Of a stretch of 22,500 bases of DNA, positions 19,328 through 22,500 are shown piece after piece. The notes below the pieces were generated by a model. The model was not told the DNA's origin, did no database searches, and saw nothing but the letters and a program-made list of their open reading frames with translations. Within the stretch, counting starts at the first letter, position 1; every line of letters starts with the position of its first letter. Source of the stretch: Malacoraja senta (lineage: Eukaryota). The DNA lies in the NCBI GenBank assembly GCA_038087875.1, contig JAXLNO010000239.1:186001-208500 (forward strand), written 5' to 3'. The position numbers were made by a program, and so were the translations under genes.

Positions 19328-19824
19328 TCTCTGCAGTTTTGTATATTTTTGTTTATCATATCTTTATCCATTTCCATCTCAAAGGCCACAAAGGAATCTG
19401 TCTCCACCGCATCTGCAGGCTGTGCTGTCCACATCCCAACCATAGACGGTGTAAAAATATTTTCTTCCCCTTTGTTTAATATGTGTGACCACTAGTCCTG
19501 CATCCCTCCACCAAGGGGAACAGCCTCCCACTGTCCACTCTGTCCATATCCCTCATTTATCGAATCTCTCTCAGCTTTCTCTTCCCCAAAGAAAATTATC
19601 CCACCCACTCAAACCTAACCTTATGCCTGTACTTCTGCAGTTACTCAATGCAGGACTCATTCTCATACTATTTTTCTGGAACCTTTCTAATGCCTTCACA
19701 TTCTTCCTTTGGCATAAAAAACAGAATTTCACACAATACTCCAGCTGATGTAGGATTGCTGTTTTATAAAGGCTTGGCATGGCTTCCCATCTTTTATACA
19801 TTGTGCCTCTATTGACAAAGTGTC

Positions 19825-19903
19825 AGAAGGTCATGTGATAGGAGTAGAATTAGGCCATTTAGCCCATCAAGTCTACTCCGCCATTCAATCATGGCTGATC
19901 TAA
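19825..19903 (-). mobile_element. Short CR1 3' tail insertion
   Basis: ggtcatgtgataggagtagaattaggccatttagcccatcaagtctactccgccattcaatcatggctgatcta, same family as 8963-9040. Confidence 0.8.
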
Positions 19904-19967
19904 ATCTAGAAATTGTAACTTGCATCCTCGTTTAGGTCATTAATATAGATTAAAAAGTGATGACACC

Positions 19968-20030
19968 ACCCTTCCCCCCCCCCCCGCCCCCTCACCCCCC
20001 CCCCCTGCCCCCTCACCCCCTCCCCCCCCC
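19968..20030. repeat. Poly-C/G low-complexity tract
   Basis: Multiple C runs of 4-12 nt separated by 1-3 nt. Confidence 0.9.
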
Positions 20031-20293
20031 ATGCCAAATCCTGGGGAATTGCAGTATTCACCATTCTACAGCCTGAAAAGTAACCATTCACCATCACCCT
20101 CTGTTGTCTGTAATTTAGCCAAATTCATCTCCATGCTAACAGTATCTCTAATATGCCAGGCGCTTAAACTTTGCTAATAGGCCTTGAGATTGTATCATCT
20201 TGTCAAAAGCCTTCAAGAAGTGCAGGTACACCACATCAACCTCATAAACTCTGTCCATTATATAATCAAAAAATCCTAACAAATTAGTTAATT

Positions 20294-20378
20294 TGCTGCC
20301 TGGATTAGAGGGTATTAGCTATAAGAAGAAGTTAGACAATCTTGAATTGTTTTCTCTGGAACGTTGAAATTTGAGGGG
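20294..20378 (+). mobile_element. Short CR1 ORF2 fragment in the opposite orientation
   Basis: Translates to LPGLEGISYKKKLDNLELFSLER, the CR1 'GL..LSY.ERL..LGLFSLE.RRLRG' motif. Confidence 0.7.
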
Positions 20379-20532
20379 CACTTCACAAATCCATGCTGAC
20401 CTGCCTTAATTGATCCAAGTTGCCCAAATGCCTCACATCCCACGTCCATTTGTCCCACATATTGATCTTGCCTCAACACCCACCAAGGTTAGGCTGAATT
20501 GTCTGCAGTGCTGAGAATATTCTCATCCCTTG

Positions 20533-20854
20533 GTTTAGTTTAGTTTAGTTTAGTTTAGTTTAGTTTAGAGATACAGCATGGAAACAGGCTCTTCGACCTA
20601 TTGAGTCCACAATGACCAACGATGATCCGTACACTAGTTCTAATCTACACACTAGGGACAATTTACAGAAGCCAATTAATCTACAAAGCTGCACATCTCT
20701 GGAATGTGGGAGGAAACCAGCTCACCCGGAGAAAACCTACGCAGTCATGGGGAGACCGTACAAGCTCCTTACAGACAGCACCCGGAGTCAGGATCGAATC
20801 CGGGTCCTTGGCACTGTAAGGTAGCATCTCTACTGCTGCGCCATAGTGCTGCCC
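20533..20854 (-). mobile_element. HE1-like V-SINE with (CTAAA)n tail
   Basis: Full-length reverse-complement copy with about seven agttt units at 20533-20568. Confidence 0.92.
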
Positions 20855-21002
20855 TTTGTGAAGAAGGAAATAACATTTGTTACTCTGCAGTTCTCTGACA
20901 CTTCCATATGTAAAAAAGAATCAGATTATTATGAGTTTCCCATGATTTTGTCCCATACTTCTCTCAGAATCCTAGGAAGCATCCAATATACCCTAGCAAC
21001 TT

Positions 21003-21133
21003 TTGGATATGCAGGAAATGGAAGAATTTGGATCATGTTCAGGCAAAGGAGATCAGTTGAACTTGATATTATGTTCAGCTTGGACATTATGGACTGAAGG
21101 GCCTGTTCCTGTGTCGTACTGTTCTATGTTGTA
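21003..21133 (+). mobile_element. CR1/HER1 3' tail fragment
   Basis: ggatatgcaggaaatgga…ggacattatggactgaagggcctgttcctgtgtcgtactgttctatgtt. Confidence 0.75.
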
Positions 21134-22261
21134 TCATTTTTTTTTAGCATATCCTGTATCTTCTCCTTTACTATTACTTTGGAAGTTCTCTCTTCCCTGG
21201 TGAAGATTGGTGCACATTTCACATTTGGTACCTTACCAGTACCCTCGGTACACACATTTAACTTCCCATATTTGCTCCCAATAGGCCCTCCCACCATCCC
21301 ACTTTTATGATTTATATACCTATATAACTTGTTATTCAATAAGGAATGTTGATGATGAAAATAGCAATGTCCAAAGCCAACTCCCAAACAGTCTATAGCA
21401 GAGCAATAGCATTTGCTGCTGAGCATCCTATGTGACTAAATGGCCAAGTGTCTTGGTCTCAAACCTGTTGATGGTTATTCCAACATGGTCTGTTGTATGC
21501 TATGGTCCAACGGTTTGAGTTATCTAAACTGTCCATTTCTGGAAAAAGCAAATATGCCAACAAGACCATTCGCAAGATCAAGACTGGTTCACAAACTGCC
21601 ATTTAATGACAAATAATTGTACTGTAGGGCCTGCTTCCCATTCACCAGTAAAAATAATTACAAAGAGAGTTCAGCATTTATTAAAATGATATCTAGATTT
21701 GTGAACAAATTAAATATTACAGGGACGTGAGCTCATTTGTTTTGAAAACCTTTAAATTATTGTTTATGTTTTCATTTTGAACTGTATTCCCTTTAATTCC
21801 ACTTGCAGGATAAAATTGGCAACCTTAGTTATAATGCAACTGCATAAACTGAGTTCTGTTTCTAAACGTAACAAGCCAGTGCATTTTAGTTCCCTCTTTT
21901 CCAAAGCCTTAACCACAGTAGGAAGTAGTAAACAGTCTCTGTTCCATGTTATGGTCAGCCTCTCTTGCTTTTCTCCTTGGCCTGAACTGGGGGTGTAATG
22001 CTTGTAAAACCACAAACCAGAAACTGCCACAGTGAAAAGCAGTAAACTAATAAATCATAACTGAAAACAAAGCTCCCTGTTTCACAATATCCAGTTGATC
22101 ATCGCAATGTGGGACCATTTATAACAGAATCTTTTTTTGTTGATTTTATACATGTTTAGCTTTCAGGTTGCACAATCATTTAATGTTAAATATTGAAATT
22201 AGCCTGTGCTCAAAAGGGTCAGAGTCTCAGATCATAACTGTCCCACTATTCTGTTTGACCT

Positions 22262-22373
22262 GGGTGTCACAGTGGCGCAGCGGGCAGAGCGGATGCCTCA
22301 TAGCGCCAAAACACCCATGTTCGATCCTGACCTTGGGTGTTGTCTATGTGGAGTTTGCATGTTCTCCCTGTGA
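22262..22373 (+). mobile_element. HE1-like V-SINE 5' part (tRNA head)
   Basis: A box tggcgcagcgg, B box gttcgatcc. Stops at ttctccctgtga. Confidence 0.85.
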
Positions 22374-22500
22374 GAGTGGCAGAGTTTAAAAGAGATGTGT
22401 GGGGCAAGTTTCTTTTATGCAGAAAGTGATGGGTGCCTGAAATGTGCTACCACAGGTGGTGGTGGAGACAGACACGATAGTGGCATTTAAGAGGCTTTTA
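22370..22500 (+). mobile_element. CR1 ORF2 C-terminal fragment running off the window
   Basis: gtgagag…tttaaaagagatgtg…gcaagttt…gggtgcctgaaatgtgctacca…gtggtgga…gcatttaagaggctttta, parallel to the reverse complement of 10600-10735. Confidence 0.8.

Larger units (their letters stand above)
18925..20510 (-). mobile_element. Old, fragmented CR1 LINE hosting younger insertions
   Basis: LYKT…HQLEYCVKFC…RKNVKALERFQK (19571-19801); VNG.FS…V…PQ…FLIYINDL (19906-20097); cttgtcaaaagccttcaagaagtgcaggtacaccacatc (reverse strand DVVYLHFLKAFDK) near 20200-20237. Confidence 0.8.

Overview
Repeat-dense, apparently intergenic or intronic vertebrate DNA. It is most likely from a cartilaginous fish (skate/ray/shark), inferred from HE1-type tRNA-derived V-SINEs that share their 3' tail with HER1/CR1 LINEs. 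No host protein-coding gene could be supported. The window holds a decayed, RT-deleted DIRS1-type tyrosine-recombinase retrotransposon (2029-5516, minus) with near-perfect terminal repeats and internal complementary region. It also holds Penelope-like elements (GIY-YIG) carrying minimal hammerhead motifs, a Rex1/Babar LINE fragment, many CR1 fragments, seven V-SINEs and an unclassified CpG-rich ~1 kb retroposon. The most striking item is a 142-bp, TSD-flanked element (17225-17366, minus) with no tRNA-derived head. Its first nucleotide is exactly G1 of a minimal HDV-like/CPEB3-like self-cleaving ribozyme fold, and it ends in an (AAG)n tail. It is a candidate ribozyme-headed non-autonomous retroposon.
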